Shown: positions 1 through 15,109, counted from the first letter of the stretch. The stretch is 64,000 nucleotides of DNA from Nymphaea colorata (GCF_008831285.2 NC_045138.2:4278001-4342000), one strand, 5' to 3'. Numbers and translations: made by a program. The notes: generated by a model from the letters alone, not told the origin.

Positions 1-271
1 TGATTAAAAATTATAGGTTTGGATCAGGTCTAGGGAATGGATCTCAAGTAGGTTGAAGGTATGGAAGCAGGTTCTATCCGGGAACCACTCGGTTGCTTAT
101 CATACGTGCATCACTGGGTGAGTCCTCCATCTTTTCCTCAATCAATGGTGTGGGGCCTCTAGTGTGGTTCTTCCAAATGGCAGCAAGTATTATTGCCGCC
201 ACATGGTCAGGCTAATGGCCACATTGGTTTCTGCTTTGGCCAACATTGGTTTTGCTTTTGATGGCTGCCAG

Positions 272-447
272 CAGAGGTGGAGTCAGAAATTTTTCATGAA
301 AAGGGCTGAATTATAGTTTCACAATTTTAACAGGAGTTGAAATATAAATTTTCAAAGTTTTTATATAAAATAAATGATTTTTTTAAAAAATTTAGACATA
401 AGTTTTTAATTTTTTTTGGGCCCCTGCCGCCCACTGGCTCCACCTGG
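272..447. mobile_element. hAT-type MITE (CAGRGGYGGAGYCAG family)
   Basis: Inverted ends cagaggtggagtcag / ctggctccacctg around an AT-rich core; imperfect 8-bp flanks (gctgccag / cctgccgg); same core as copies at ~10115, ~29670 and ~61182. Confidence 0.65.
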
Positions 448-449
448 CC

Positions 450-994
450 TGCCGGTGAATATTGAAATCCGGGGCTTCACCTCTCTGATAGAGTCTTCGC
501 CAACCATGGGGTGCTTCTTTGCTCTCATTTGAAATATGGTTATCTCCTCCGATACAGATCTTTTTGTTAGATTACTGTTGATTTTTAGCAACCACGCTTT
601 GATGGAATCCATACTTTCTTGCATCCGATGATATCTTCAGTCACACATTCATGCATATCAAAACGGAGATCTGATACCAATTTGATGCAAAAATTTTGAG
701 TTTTCCTTCTCCAAAATCTAAATTAAACTGAAAAATTTGAAAGAACTGTGATAATAAAACAAATGAAAGAGAAAGGAAATACCACAAAAAAGGTTTTATT
801 AAACTGAGGACTGAATATAAATATTAAGAAGAAGGGCTACTGCGACTATAAAGCCCCTTTATATAGGCGAAAAAGAGAATTCAAGAATCTGGATCAAAAT
901 AAAATCAAACAACAAACATAAACCAAATTGATAACTGTATCTCTTCTGCTTCCGCTCTTGCGTCAGACCTACACCAACTCTAAAGTTCTAAACA
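450..994 (-). mobile_element. Truncated LTR retrotransposon: one LTR (~683-994), tRNA-Met PBS and start of internal region
   Basis: Minus strand reads TGTTTAG...cctatataaa...TGCATCA-aat-TGGTATCAGA (ctgatacca at 671-679 on +), followed by a short ORF (406-624) in the gag position. Confidence 0.6.
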
Positions 995-1199
995 TGTCCA
1001 AGTGAATATTATTTTGTAAAATTTAGAAAGAGCATTAGTTTCTCATAATTGAGCGCAAGTTTCATTACAGGAGGAAAACCTTAGTGGCCTGTCTAAAGGA
1101 AGCTTCTATTCAGAAACCTGGTTTTGACATCCAAACTAGTTGCCACAGTATTCTGTGTGTTTGTGTATGATGAATGTTGAAGCCTGATAAATAAAAGAA

Positions 1200-1395
1200 G
1201 TTGGGCTCCACTGGGCCGCAGCCCATGACCACAGCTGGGCCTGACTGCCTGAAACCTGAATCCAAGGCTGGCCCGGGCCCTTAGAATATATCTTAATATG
1301 ATTTAATATATATATATAATCAATTATAATATATATATAAAATAATGTTGAAAAATAAACTATCGGGCCTAGTTGGGCTGGCCCAGTGCCCAAAA
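1200..1395. mobile_element. MITE with GGGCC/GGCCC-rich ends and AT core (relatives at ~34090-34388 and ~55160-55478)
   Basis: GC-rich gggcc/ggccc termini flanking an AT core; similar architecture at three sites. Confidence 0.5.
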
Positions 1396-2956
1396 CACTC
1401 GTATGCCCTCAGAATGTGGCTTTCTTTGAAACCCATGGGTGTCATCAGTTTCCCATGTAAGCCAAAACACTCTCAGGCCCTCAGAATGTGGCTTCCTAAC
1501 CTCATATGCTCCCGGGTCAGAAACAGATGAAGTCTTTCAACATGTTCTCGATTTTCGGTACAATATGCAACCAAAAAAAAAAATTTCAAAATAATAATAA
1601 TCACCACCCGGGTAAGAGCCGAAGCCCCTTCCTCTCCAGATCCTGGAACCAGGCTATGGCTGCGCTTGGATTGGATAATATGCTTGACTCTTTGGTATAC
1701 CTCAGGGTTGCTCTCAAAAAATAGTTGATGTACCTCAACTCGCACATTGAATTGCTCTACCTTCCTTCATTGGGTTTCTCACGATTAGTGGTATAAGTGC
1801 TTAGTTTAGTTTCGTATTGAATATTGTAAGAAATTATTAAGGACTTAATAAGGGGTTATTTAAGTAATTGGTTGTCATGGTTCATAGTTACTTTTTTTTA
1901 TTTTCGGGCTGAAACCAAAACTGTTGAGAGCAGGTTGCTAGATTGTTAATGGTATCAACACACACATGCGTATGCCTTAAAGGCGTGAATTATAATGCAT
2001 TATTTTCAGAGTTTAGTCACGTATTGAAGATTATTTTATTTCTCAATCAGAATTTAGTCAGGTTATGTGCATGACTGTTTTCCTATTTCTTAACATTTTT
2101 TTTCCGGCTTAAACCGACTGTTAGACGGTAAATTGGAATCGGCCAGCCAGACTGTTATGGTACCCATGCTAGCTTGAACCAACAATCAGTCGCCGACCAG
2201 CTGCCAATCCCAAGCCGGTCAGCTAGCCTCCGTCGGAACAATGCACGGACTAAACTCAAGTGATTAGAGAACAATAACACTAGAGCCATCACGAGTTGTT
2301 TCTTTTGGTTGGACCATTTTCATCCGAGGATATTCTCTAATCTTTCAAGCAAAATTCTGAATTAAATGAAATTAGGGCCCCATTATTCATCAATCTACCA
2401 AATTTAGGTTTATGGACCCTTGCAATAATAATGCAGCAGGGTATGTATATATATATATATATAGCAACCTAGCCAACTTTAGTTTCCAAATTAAGAGGAC
2501 ACATATTAGTGGATTAACCTGAATATGGAATAATATTAGACCATATGGGTCCAACTGACGTTGGACACGGTAGGAGCTATATATGGCTCTCATTTATCCT
2601 TTTGCACTCCAAGATGATCCAGGTTAGACCGAAAGGCAACCTAGTTATTGCTGAGTAATTTGTCTTCTCATATACAGAACATACTGCATATCCAGGTCAT
2701 GCAGAACCAAGTGGATCTATGCTTTTTGCAAAATAATTGAATTTGGATGTATTGCGCCCCTTGTTTCTTATGCCCTCTTCTGCTTATTATTCATTATTCC
2801 AAACGGCTCAGGAACTTAAGCTCGTCAATTTGTTGATCTTTGGAGGAGCAATATTTTGAATTCTAACAGTTTGTTTTAATAGGCCGACCCCTACTGTATT
2901 GGTCAATTGTTGTTGTCTCTTTCACACACACACACATGTATATATACTTATATAGT

Positions 2957-3161
2957 ATTACCCAACCATCTAATTGAGGCTGTCTATTTGATGCAGATGA
3001 ATGGTTAAGAGAAAAACATAGAGAAAAAAGTGGGAACTGATACTATATGTTGAAATGCCCATCACTTTGTTTTCTCTTATTTTTCTCTTAACCATCCATT
3101 ATGATGGATTAACGACATTGGTTAGATGGCTGAGTGAATCTAAAAAAGTAGAGACACCATT

Positions 3162-3224
<63 letters not shown>

Positions 3225-3449
3225 GACTCTAGTTATTCAATATCACCTAGCTATCTAACAAAGGCTGCCAATTTGATGTAGATAGATGGTTGAGAGAAAA
3301 ACATAGAGAAAAAAGTGAGAGCTGATACTAGATGTCAAAAATGCCCATCACCTTTTTCTTCTTGTTTTTATTCTTCACCGTCTGCCATGATAGATCTGAC
3401 GGATTCGACAGCCTTGGTTAGATGGCTGAATGAATATAAAATGACAGAG
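2957..3449. mobile_element. Two tandem copies of a ~200-bp foldback (long-TIR) MITE separated by (AT)n
   Basis: Each copy is self-complementary (atggttaagagaaaaacatagagaaaaaagtg vs cactttgttttctcttatttttctcttaaccat); copies at ~2957-3160 and ~3225-3449. Confidence 0.75.
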
Positions 3450-3609
<160 letters not shown>

Positions 3610-4344
3610 CGAGAAACTAATAGGTGATAGACATTTAATTTGATGCTACATGGATAAAAAAACAATCTCAACGTTAATATTTACCACGTTGGCTGTTGGC
3701 AAAAAAACAATAAAAAAATGTGTGATTTAATAGTAGATGATAAAAATGTCCCTCAACTTTTTCTCATTATTTTTTTCTCAACCACCTAATTTGAAAAAGA
3801 TTAAGGGATGATATTATTTCTTGTCTGACTAGCAGATAAGTAATCCACAAATTGAATATTGCCCTCGAAATGTGGTGCGTGACTAATTGATGCAACATTA
3901 ATTTATAAGCTTGGATTGGATTGATTAAATTCTTCAACGTTAATTTATAAGCTTCCGGTATAAAAATGTCCCTCTGCGAATTTTCAAATTAAATTTGGAT
4001 CTGTTCCCTGTTTTGTAGGGGCTTATTATTTCCAACCTTCTTTCTTTTTGATTTGAATGGAGATCTACATCTAGCTGTTTCTAAGTTTTCCCTTTTATAG
4101 GTTCTAAATGTGAAAATACAAGTGCCTGTCCCACTAAGGACCCAATTAATCTGTAAGCATGCTGACAGCTAGTTGGCTTGGATTAAAGCTTCCAGGTTTA
4201 AAGAGGTCTGCCTCAATGATTGACATGCGTCCATTAATTAGTGCAAAGGTAGAATAGGAAAGTTTTTCACATACTGATGATCAGTTTTTTTTTTACTTGT
4301 CTTCTCACCAACAATCACCAACAATTGAAGGAGACTACAAGTTC

Positions 4345-4497
4345 TCTAAGGGGCTAGCATAATTTTAGTGGCAGGGGCTGATAATCGGTTAGTTACTATT
4401 TCAAATCCCTAAGACATCAATCCTTTGTCCTGCAAAGAAAGCCCTTGACATACAAGTTAAAGTTTGGTGGAGACAGTGCCATAGGACACCAAAAAGC
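4345..4497 (+). mobile_element. Degenerate tRNA-derived SINE
   Basis: aaggggctagcataa head and ttcaaatcc B-box-like motif; ggagacagtgcc resembles ggaggcagttgc of the SINEs at 27305 and 27737. Confidence 0.45.
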
Positions 4498-6819
4498 ATG
4501 CTTTGTACCATAAAGGGCAAAGAGTTGGGTGAGAGTTTTGACCGTCTTTTAGGTGGTGAGAGTAAATACTATATATATATACATGAAATTTGGTAAAAAC
4601 CCACTTAGGTAAAATCTAGACATATTAAAATTAAATAAGGTTTCTTTAATTGGATGACTAATTTTTTTTTTTTGCAAAAAAATGGGCATTAACGACGAGA
4701 TATGGTGCAATATTAAGGGCATGGTTAGCAAACTCATCGAGCCATATGCTTGAGTCGGTTAGAATCATGTACTTACTGCATCATAAGTGGAGGTTCCTGC
4801 AGACTTACCTTCTTCATCTATTTATAGAAAATACACACTATAAAAGTTTATGATCTAATCCAGCCAAATCATCGAATTAATTCTTCGCTCCGATGCCCCA
4901 GTTTTTAACCAACTTGAGTCCGAGTCACCATTGAATTTTCCAACCATGATTGAATGTTTATACTATTTCTATCAGCTGTTTAGCATTTAGTGACAGATAT
5001 TATTAAATTTTAGCCTTCTCTATCTCTCCCTCTCTCACACACACAGGTACAAGAGTTCAAATATGCTTTATACCATACGTGATGTTGCTATATGGTTAAA
5101 AAATAAATTGAGTTACTGACATCATCATTACTAAAATACTGTGAACTGTTCCTGCACCATAGACCCTTACCAATGCTCCTACAACAGCTAATTTTTCGTG
5201 ATTAATTTTTAATATTTAACAATTCAGGAACGTCCGGGCAGATTTCAACTCTCCCAAACATATGTGTGTATGAATGTGTGCACATTTGTGTGAAAAGACA
5301 AAAAGAGACATCGCCAAACGTTTGTCATAGATGCCAATTGTTATGCAGTGTTGCTGCGTGTAGATCTCAATTATTAGCTAGCAATGCTGCGGTATGAACT
5401 TGTGCTGAAACCACTCTGCTGGACATTACGCCCCCTACTTTATTCTTATAAAGACTGGTAAACCAAAACAAACAATGAAAACCAGTAGGAAGTTAGCATA
5501 ACTTTTGCTACTTCCAAAACTGGGGCCTCATCCAAAACTCTCATTATTATATAGCTATCGGTTTTGATGGGTAGTGCAACCGGTCGGGTTATTCTGATGG
5601 TATTGAAGAGTAGTATTGATCTTGAGATAAGAGTTGTCATTATAAGGCCAAGTGGACCGGTTCTTGTCCCCCTTTCTTCTCCCCTCTCTCTCACTCTCTC
5701 TTTCCGTCAAGCTTATCATAGATGAAAAAAAAACTATATCCCCTAAGCCTTGAAGCTAAACAGCCACAGGTTTTTTAAGAAAGAAAAACCTGATCATTTG
5801 AGAAGCCTCTTTCAATGTCACATTGTATCAGAGCATTTTCAGGAATTTAAGATGCCAACTTTTAATCAATCTGATCTTTCAGATACTGTAAATTATTTTT
5901 GCCAATGCATGTGTCTCTCTATGAAATGTCATTTTCAACTTCTCAAGTGTACACTTCTGTATATAAAACGGCGTATGTACTATTGGCAACATTCCACTCT
6001 TAGTTACAACCAGTTGCATCTATATGCATCATTCCTTGCCGACAGGTTGGCTAAGCAACTGTGTTTATTGGAGCACCCAATGAACAGCCGACTGTAGCTT
6101 ATTCTGGCACCGAAGTTGAATACTGTGCAATAGCCTCTACGGTAATAGAGATTCAAACATAATTTTATACTCGTGGACCTTAATATTAGGGGTCATTTAG
6201 AAATTAAAGGCTCATACTAGATCAATTTGGTGACAAGATTTCGTTCCGTGTTAATTCATAATAGGTTTAAGGACATTTTCATCACTTCCGGGTGAGCAGG
6301 AGTACGCTGAGACCGAATCCCCACCCTTCCCCCATCTGCACATTTTCATCACTTCATTTGTGAGAAGGTCTTGAGTTAAGCTTTTAAAATATGTTAAAGG
6401 ACATTTTTTATAAAGTATGTGATCATCATAAGAACTCTTTATCTTATCGGAACGGAAAATCCAAGCATCAGGCCTCTTAGCTTTATGCTCAATAATTTCT
6501 TGCCACTTGCTATATGTATGTGGGGGAGCCATAGCTGATCAAGGCTCTAGCTCATCCAAGTTGACAATGAGGCCAACGTTAGAAAGGCTTCAGATTTGTG
6601 TCTAGTGATAAGGCTATTCTCCAGGGAAATGATAGGGCCAATTATACTCAAACCAAAGAAGATTTGTGTTACAATGTTGAGGTCACTATGCCGAGTTCAA
6701 GGACTTGCTGTGTGTTTGGGATCGGATGCAGCATTCAAAAACCTTTCTCATTTAAAATGTTTGAAACTGAAGTGACAAGTAGGCCTTGCATGTGACGAGG
6801 GATTGCATAGTTTATGACT

Positions 6820-7026
6820 GCGGAGTGAGTGGGAAGGACCTCTGCCTGATAGAGAACTGAATCTCCCACCAAATCCGCCTTTAGTGCCTTGAGTTATGAC
6901 ACTCACTGTGCTTCAAGTTATGCAATCAGTGAGTACCATTCTTTTGCAACACAGGAGGTTGGCTAACAATCAAATAAAGACTGCCGCCTACCAGCCCTCA
7001 CCTCAAGCTGTTACGCTAACCCCTCC
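6820..7026 (-). mobile_element. ~207-bp insert flanked by 24-bp imperfect direct repeats (SINE-like)
   Basis: cgagggattgcatagtttatgact (6796-6819) and cgaggacttgcatagtttacgact (7027-7050); minus-strand head ggaggggttagcgtaac resembles the local SINE head. Confidence 0.45.
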
Positions 7027-7329
7027 CGAGGACTTGCATAGTTTACGACTCATGGCAGTAATCCAATTCTAGCTGTACTTGTACATAATGAATTTAGTAC
7101 AAAAGATATGTTCACAATTTTCATGCTTAGGCAAGCAAAAAATGCATACAACACCATAATTGATGACAAAATGAATAGCTTAAAACTAAGGCATGCATGA
7201 CTACTAGTGTAGAAGCAATATAACAATCTGTGCCTCAGGTTTAGTTGTAATGGGCTTGTTAAAGCGATCCACTTTGAGTAGGAATATAAATGTTTGGTAC
7301 ATAGCCCCCCCCTCTCGCTCTCTCTCTCT

Positions 7330-7857
7330 CTCCGCGACCAAAAAAGAGGTTTTTATCGACATGAGAGAAACATAAATCATAAATGCAAATAAGCAAAATA
7401 TCAACAAACATTTTATTATGAATGTCAGCAAAAGTAATGTCATTGATACTTTCATTGATGTTTCCACACTACATCACTGAACATTTTTTATTGATGAGAA
7501 AGAGTAAATGTCGCATTAACAATGATAGACATATACCAGTGAACATTTTCCTTTTTATAGGTCTCCTATATTTTCAAAAAGAAGCTCACACAGCTATTCT
7601 TCTATTTTCTCAATAGAGAGGGTTTTAGATCTTCGGCTACTTGGCTGCTAGCTTAACAAACAACACAAAAAAATAAAAAAATATTAAATGACATTAATAA
7701 CAAAAATAATGAGAAAATTAAAAAAAAAACAACAGAAAATAAAAAAGGAACTCACCATAATTTTTAATATCCATAGTTAAAATGGCAAAAGGCATCCCTT
7801 TTTTGCAATATAATCTAAAAAGAAGATAAAAATAAAAGGATAGGCATATAAATACAT

Positions 7858-7898
<41 letters not shown>

Positions 7899-8850
7899 CA
7901 TGCCTTTGAGCGGGTAGGAGTAGGAAAGGAAGAAATGAAAAAGAGAAATTATAAAAAAGGAGAAGGGTATATCGACTTTTACAAGGCAGCCAGATATTTA
8001 GTGATGCAAATGTTTTCATGACGTTAGAAGATTAAATAGGGGTGGAAAGGAAAGATAAAAGAAAATTCAAAAGTTTAACATTTCTTAAAGCGAAGTATGG
8101 CGTCACAAAAGAGTATAGTTTTAAAATAAAAAAAATCAAGAAATCAAAACTTGAAATGTTTACGGGCAATGCCAATGAAGGTCATCATTTTTATTGATGT
8201 TTTTCAAAAAGTTGTTACTGAAAACCAAAGAAAGATAAGATTTTTTACAGAATTTTTTTTGGAAAATGCCACTGATAAATGAAGAACTTTAGTGATGTTC
8301 ACAAAAAACGTTATTAAAAACTTCGATTTTTCCATATGCATTTACTGATATTTCACGGCAACGTCAGTAGTGATTGTCTTTTACCAACACTTCGTGTCGT
8401 TGAGAGTCTTCATTGCCGCAGACCTATATCGGTGCATAGCCTCACACTGTAGACTATCTATTTGCTTCTAAGTAAACACAAAACTAACAATATTGAACTT
8501 TCAATAACATGGATCCATGCTCGTCGGCACAGGCTCACACCTTTACTGAGGTTTGGCAAATATCCTGTCAATAATGAATGACCTTCACTAACATTCTCAT
8601 TGAAAGTTTTCACAGCAATAGGCCTATACTGGTAAGCAATTTTATTGCTATAGCCTTTTTGATATGAACACTACAAAGAAAAGAAGTTTCAATGACAGAA
8701 CTCCACTGCACGTAAGTAATGATTGACCTTCATTGACGTTCAGACGGACATGTTAGTAAAGATATATGGTTACCGATAGGACTTTTTCCACGCGTCAGTA
8801 AATACCTGTTTATACGGAAACATCATCTCTCGCTGTCTCTGTCTCTCTCT
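7330..8850. mobile_element. Non-autonomous CACTA remnants
   Basis: CACTACAAAGAAAA terminus at 8669; dense short (a/t)ctgac / gtca(g/a)t subterminal-type motifs in both orientations from ~7430 to ~8800. No paired TIR resolved. Confidence 0.45.
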
Positions 8851-10114
8851 CTCTGCCTCCCCCTCTCTCTTTTATAGTTATACTTGTATGGTTGAAAAAT
8901 CATTACCTTTGTTGATTTCTATCAAGCCAGAGATAGATGGAAGAGATCAAAATAAGCATATAGGGCTCCCACAAACCTCAATGCCACATATTTGGCATAG
9001 ACAAATCAGTGTGATATATATAAGGCAGTTAGATGATTTAAAACTATGATCATGTTCATTTTTTTCCCTTTTTAACAAACATGATTTGGCTTTCCACAAA
9101 AAATCTTCTTAAAAGGCAGTTGAATGAGATACTTATTAGATAAAGTTTTTTTTTCCTTTTACGGGTTTGGTAGGCTGCACTAGAGCCCTTGGCGCTTGCT
9201 ATCAAATCATATGAAGACAACGGTTACAGCTTATCCTTTTAGATCTTGAAAAAGAAAAAGCAAAAGCAGGCCATCTCAACAATACTTAACTTCTTTGATA
9301 TATATAACTCCGAACAAACCAAAGTAGGACAAACACAAGAATGGTTCTCATAGGCTTTTCTTTCACACAATCCTCTTCCAAACCTCACAGATATCTTGAG
9401 TAAGAAGGGGAACTTAAATTCTAGACCTTAAACCGCATACCCATGTGGTATTGCTGAAGGATCTTTGGTCCGATAACATTACCCAGCAATATCATTCAAT
9501 ACTGATTGCATGTTATGTCAATACCCTATCATTCGACATGCCTGCTTCCATGCCTTATTTTGCTGTCAAGAGCCAGCAAGGCAAGTGGGTGCTTACATGC
9601 ATCTCACGTGGAGATGTAAAATTTCATGGAGACAGAGAAAAAGCCTATGATCATTTGATTATGGAGTAGGTGAGACTTGAGAGATGCACCATGCTGTCTA
9701 GATTTGTTCATCTGCCAAATCACTCTCTCCTGAGGAGATTTTATCACGTCCACCTTAAGTAGTTGAGATAATATCTAGTTATTCCCATTTTCCTTTCTTC
9801 CACATGATTGCAGAGAAACAAGAAATACAATTTTTTTAAATGTTTGGTGGATAATCAGAAATGAATTCCTTATGATTGTAACATTAGCATGGTCTTGTGT
9901 CTAGATCTCTTCAAAAGGCTGTGTAAATTGGTGTCTTTAACCTGTTATGATGCGCATTATTGACAAACAAAAGCAGAATTTTCTGTTTCTGTTGAACTTG
10001 AAGGTTTACTGTAGCAATGAGACATGACATCCCTGCAGGGAGTGTTTGAGGGGAAATACGAGGTCGGAAGCAGCACATTACTCTTCCTAATATCAATGAC
10101 CCTACCATTTTGAC

Positions 10115-10290
10115 TAGGGGCAGAGTTAAAATTTTTTTATGAGGGGGATGAAATTAAAATTTTTAAATTTTGATATGGGCCGAAATATCATTTTTCAAAA
10201 TTTTTATATAGGACAAGTAATTTTTTTTAAAATGTACATGTAATTTTTTTTTTTGAGGTGGGGCCAGACTGTTGTGGGCCCTACCCTGGC
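10115..10290. mobile_element. hAT-type MITE (same family as 272-447)
   Basis: taggggcagag...tttttatgagggg...gggccctaccctg with the shared AT core. Confidence 0.55.
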
Positions 10291-10640
10291 AAATGCTCTA
10301 TAAGGCAGGCAAAACTTTTTCTTTCAGCATCTTTATCAGCTCAAACTTCACTAAGCCTTTGGCTAATGTGCTTATCTACTAGTGAATGAACTAGGGCCCA
10401 GTTCTTGGGCTTTTCTTTTTTGATTTGGTGGGCTTGTTTCTTGATAAGGGGAATAATTGCTGTTTGTCTTTTTGCAGTTGTTGCCGTTATGTGATGTGAG
10501 TCGTCCAAGGCCAAGGCAAAAGTTGAGATGGACTCGCCTCATGTGAAGACTTCAGGCCTTAAGGGTGAAAGCTAAGGGTTGAGAAATCCTAATACTTATG
10601 ATTTGTGAAGGACAAGCATGGAGGCTGGTATTCTTGATAA

Positions 10641-10888
10641 AACCAAATCGTAAAGATCGGCTCCTTCCTAAGATAGTGGATAATGATCAATATCAAAACT
10701 GTAACTGCTGTTATATTAAGCAAGATCCTAAATTTATAGATTTGATTCGTAACCACCCTCTATTAAACAAATAAAGCTGTCTTTCTCACCGTGTGCGTGA
10801 GAGTTAGAGAGAGCAAGTCTTCATTGTGGATGTAGGCCAGCACCAAGGGCAGGACCACATTAAAATCTGTTTCTCTTGTCTCTTTTCA
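10641..10888 (+). repeat. 5' LTR of the copia element (first bases apparently deleted)
   Basis: Aligns without gaps to 15126-15373 with about 22 mismatches in 248 bp (hand count); ends TTTTCA before the PBS. Confidence 0.92.
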
Positions 10889-13800
10889 TGGTATCAGAGC
10901 CATCTCTGATCCCTTCCAGTTTGTTCCATGGCAGCACCCAACTCGTCATCGTCAACAATGTTCAGTCTCAGCCCTATTGGACCTTTAGCTACTCAGTGGA
11001 ACACATTTTCCAGTTTGATGTCTATCAAGTTAGATCAGACAAACTATCAACTATGGTGCTCCCAAATCACTAGTGTCATGAAGAGTCAAGGGATATGAGG
11101 TATGTTATGACACCATTACTGCTCCTCTTGAGTATCTTGATATTGATCAAACCAGAGTAAATACTGATTTTGAAGCATGGGAATGGGCAAACCAATTAGC
11201 CTTAAGTTGGATTAAGGTTACGATGTTCAAACATATTTTACCACAGTTAATTTCATATTCCACTGCTAACTTGGTGTGCTTTAGAACAATAGTATGCCTC
11301 TCAATCCAACTTGCGAATCATTCAGTTAAAAAGGGATTTATAGAACGTGAAGAAAGGAGATATGATGATGGCTGATTATTAAAATCATGTTAAATTTTTA
11401 TATGATTCATTAGCTGCTGTTAAGCATAAGGTCTCTGATACTGATTTGGTTCTCGACACCCTTAATGGATTATCCACTGAATACGAGGCCTTCATCACTA
11501 CTGTAACTACCTTCAAGACATTAACGGCTTTCTTTGAAATTTTGATATGCTCATTTCTCAAGAGAATCGTCAACAAATTCTCTCACCACCTCTTGATATT
11601 TCCCAAGAAACCAACATGGTTACCATGGTTGCTCAATGTGTTGGCACTCATGGGAATTCTTATGGTGAGGGAAAGGAGATCAAAATAGAGGTGGTCGCAG
11701 CAACTATTGTTCAAACAATTGAGGTGGTCACAATAACTATGGTTCATACAATAGAGGCCACAGGAATAATAGAGGCCATCGGAATAATGGAGGCCGCGAG
11801 AAGTTCTCCAACTACAAAACGTTTGCTGGAGTTACTTGCCAATATTGTGGTCACAAGGGTCACAATGATCACGAGTGCTATGACATCCCAAAGGCTTTTA
11901 TGACCATGACTCTCAATACAGGAACAAATAATTGTGCTGCTACATCATTAGCTCATTTTTCTAACATGGTGGATAGCAACCAAGAATGGTACCCGGATAC
12001 GGGTGCATCACATCATGTGACAAATAGTGATCAATCCATGGAAGGCAAATCCTTTTATCATCCTAAAATCTCTCTTATTGTTGGTAGTGGGGAAAAATTG
12101 TTCACTAAAAAGATAGGTAACATGTCTTTATCATCCAAGCATAATAGATTTTTGTTGAAAAATATTTTTCATGTCCCTATGATTCATAAGAATCTACTTT
12201 TTGTTGATAAGTTTACTGGTGATAATGATTGCAAAATGGAATTTACTCCTCATAATTTTTCTGTAAAGAAAATACAGAAGGGGGAGATAAGGCACCAGGA
12301 ACGACTTAAGGATGGACTATATACATGGACAAGAACTAGTAAGGGCAATATAACAGTCTGCTCACCTGCTGAAAGTAAATTGCTTACTGAAAACAAATTG
12401 CAGACATGCAAATCTTATCTTTTCCTTTGCAATAATATTGATCAAGTTCCTAGAGATGCTTTTAAGCTTTGGCATGAACGTTTGGGACATGTGAATGATT
12501 ATTTATTAAATCGCATGATTTCATCTAAGTATATTGCTGCTGGTTCAAAGCCTAAAAAACATTCTTGTTTGGTTTGTGCTTTAGTTAAGATGCAACGGTT
12601 GCCTTTTGTTTCAGTTGAGTTAAAAACGTCTTCTCCATTAGAGTTGTTACACACAGATTTATGGGGACCTTCATCGTGTATCTTTAGAGATAGATGTGAA
12701 TATTATTTGGTGATAGTAGATGATTTTTCCAGATTCAACTAGATTTTTATGTTAGCAAAGAAGTCTGAAACATTCTCTTGTTTTCATAATTTTCATAGGA
12801 TCATAGAAAAAGAACTTAAGTACAAGATTAAAGTTTTTCATAGTGATTACAGAGGCAAGTTTATGAGTGCAGAATTTTAAATGTATCTTGCTTCTCAAGG
12901 CATTCAATGAAGACTCTCTTGTTCCTATACACCACAACAAAATGCTTGTATGCCAGCTTCTTTTTGGACTGACACCTTTCAAATGACAGTTTACATTATT
13001 AACAGGTTACTGATTGATGCACAAGAATTAACTCCATATGAAAAACTTCTTGGTACTAAAGCCTCAACTAGAGAATTTTAAAGTATTTGGATGCACCATA
13101 TATCCATTAGTAAGTCATCAAAATAAATTTAAACTTGCCCCAAAGTCGCATGCATGTGTCTTTCTAGGCTTCCTAAAATGTTTTAAAGGCTATATATATG
13201 TTACAATCCTTTGAACAAACAAGTCACTGTTTCAAGACATGTCATATTTGATGACATCACTTTTATGTACTTTGGGACACGACCACTTGCTACTGCCTAA
13301 GAAATCATCTATTGGCTAGATAAAGACCACTCTCAGTTGACTATCAAGTACCAAATTATCAATTTAGTGAACCCAAGTGAGTCTTCAATCATCCCCACAA
13401 CCAGCCATATCTCTCAACAATTTAACACGGAAATTCCTGACTTTTCAACCATGACAAACCTAACTATTTTCCCTAAACTTGAAAATTTCACTCGTGTTAT
13501 AAACCACCCTATGACTACTCATTCTCAAGTTGGAACCCACATACAAAAAAATTTCACCTATCTTAGTATGACTGAACCACTAGACACCGAAACTAAACAT
13601 GTTGACCTGCAAGAAGCCCTAAAAGATGATCGATAGAATAAAGCTATGTGCAAAAAGATTGAAGCACATCACAACAATAAACTTGGTACTTGGTTCCTTG
13701 TATGCCTCACTACAATGTAGTGGGCTGTTGATGGATCTACAAAGTGAAGAGACATGTAGATGGATTTGTGGCACGGTTCAAAGCACGACTCGTGGCTAAA

Positions 13801-15109
13801 AGATATAGCCAATATGAAGGGATAGATTACTTCGATATTTTCAGTCCAATGGTGAAGCCTACTACGGTTCACCTTGTTCTCTCTATTTCCACTAGTCGTA
13901 GATGGAAAGTCTGTCTGGATGTTAACAATGCTTTCCTCCATGAGACTCTAAAGGAAGAAGTTTACTTGAGTGAGCTCTAGGATTTGAGCATAAGAGCAAC
14001 CCCCCTCATGTGCAGATTAAAGAAATCTCCATATGGCCTCAAACAAGTTTCTCGGGCATGGTTTGAAAGCTTAAGCACATATCTTATATCCAAGGGATTT
14101 AAAGGATCTAAATCTGACTCATTCCTGTTCATATATTCATCAACATTATACATTGTGTACATTCTTATCTATGTGACAAGAAGCACTTCATAGAAATTGC
14201 AAAATTTTGTCCACAATATAAGCAATAAGTTCTCCATCAAAGACCTTGGGTAAATTCATTATTTTCTTGGACTCGAGGTCAATCACTGAGCTATTGAGCT
14301 CTTTTTGTCACAACACAAGTACACCAAGGATCTTTTAAAAAGATTGCAAATGGAAGAAGCCAAGGTGGTAGTCACACTAGTCGCACCCAATGCACCTCTA
14401 TCCAAGTTTGAAGGAGATAAACTTAAAAATGGAACTTTGTACGGAAGTATTGTGAGTGCTTTGCAGTATGTGACACTCACGCGCCCACATATTGCATTTG
14501 ATATCAACAAATCTTGTCAATTTCTTCATGAACCTACAAATATACACTTGACTTATGTGAAGTTAATACCTACCTTTAAGGAACTCAACATTTTGGGTTA
14601 CATATAAAAAGGGCTTCTCAATGAAAACTTGAAGCTTATTTTGACACAGATTGGGCTGGATGTCATGATGATAGGAGGTCAACAAATGGGTCTATTACCA
14701 TGCTCGGAAGAAACATTATATCATGAGAGTCTAACAAGCAGCATACTGTTACTCGCTGAAGCACTGAAGTTGAATATAAAGCAATGGCTGTAGCTGCGGT
14801 TGAATTAATATGGCTGTAGCATCTTCTTAAAGATCTCCAAATTCCAATACAAGAGGCTCCAATACTAAAATGTGATAATCTAGGTGCAATATACCTTGCT
14901 ACCAATCTGTGATTCATGCCCCTGCCAAATATATAAAAATCAATTTTCACTTTGTTAGAGAACAAGTGGCAACAGGAGAGATTAAAATTGAGTTTGTCAA
15001 ATCTGAAGATCAGCTTGCAAATTTCTGACTAAGGCACTGGCCGGACCAAGGTTTCATGATCTCAAGGACAAACTCAACCTTGTTCACACAAGTGTTGGCT
15101 CATGGGGTA

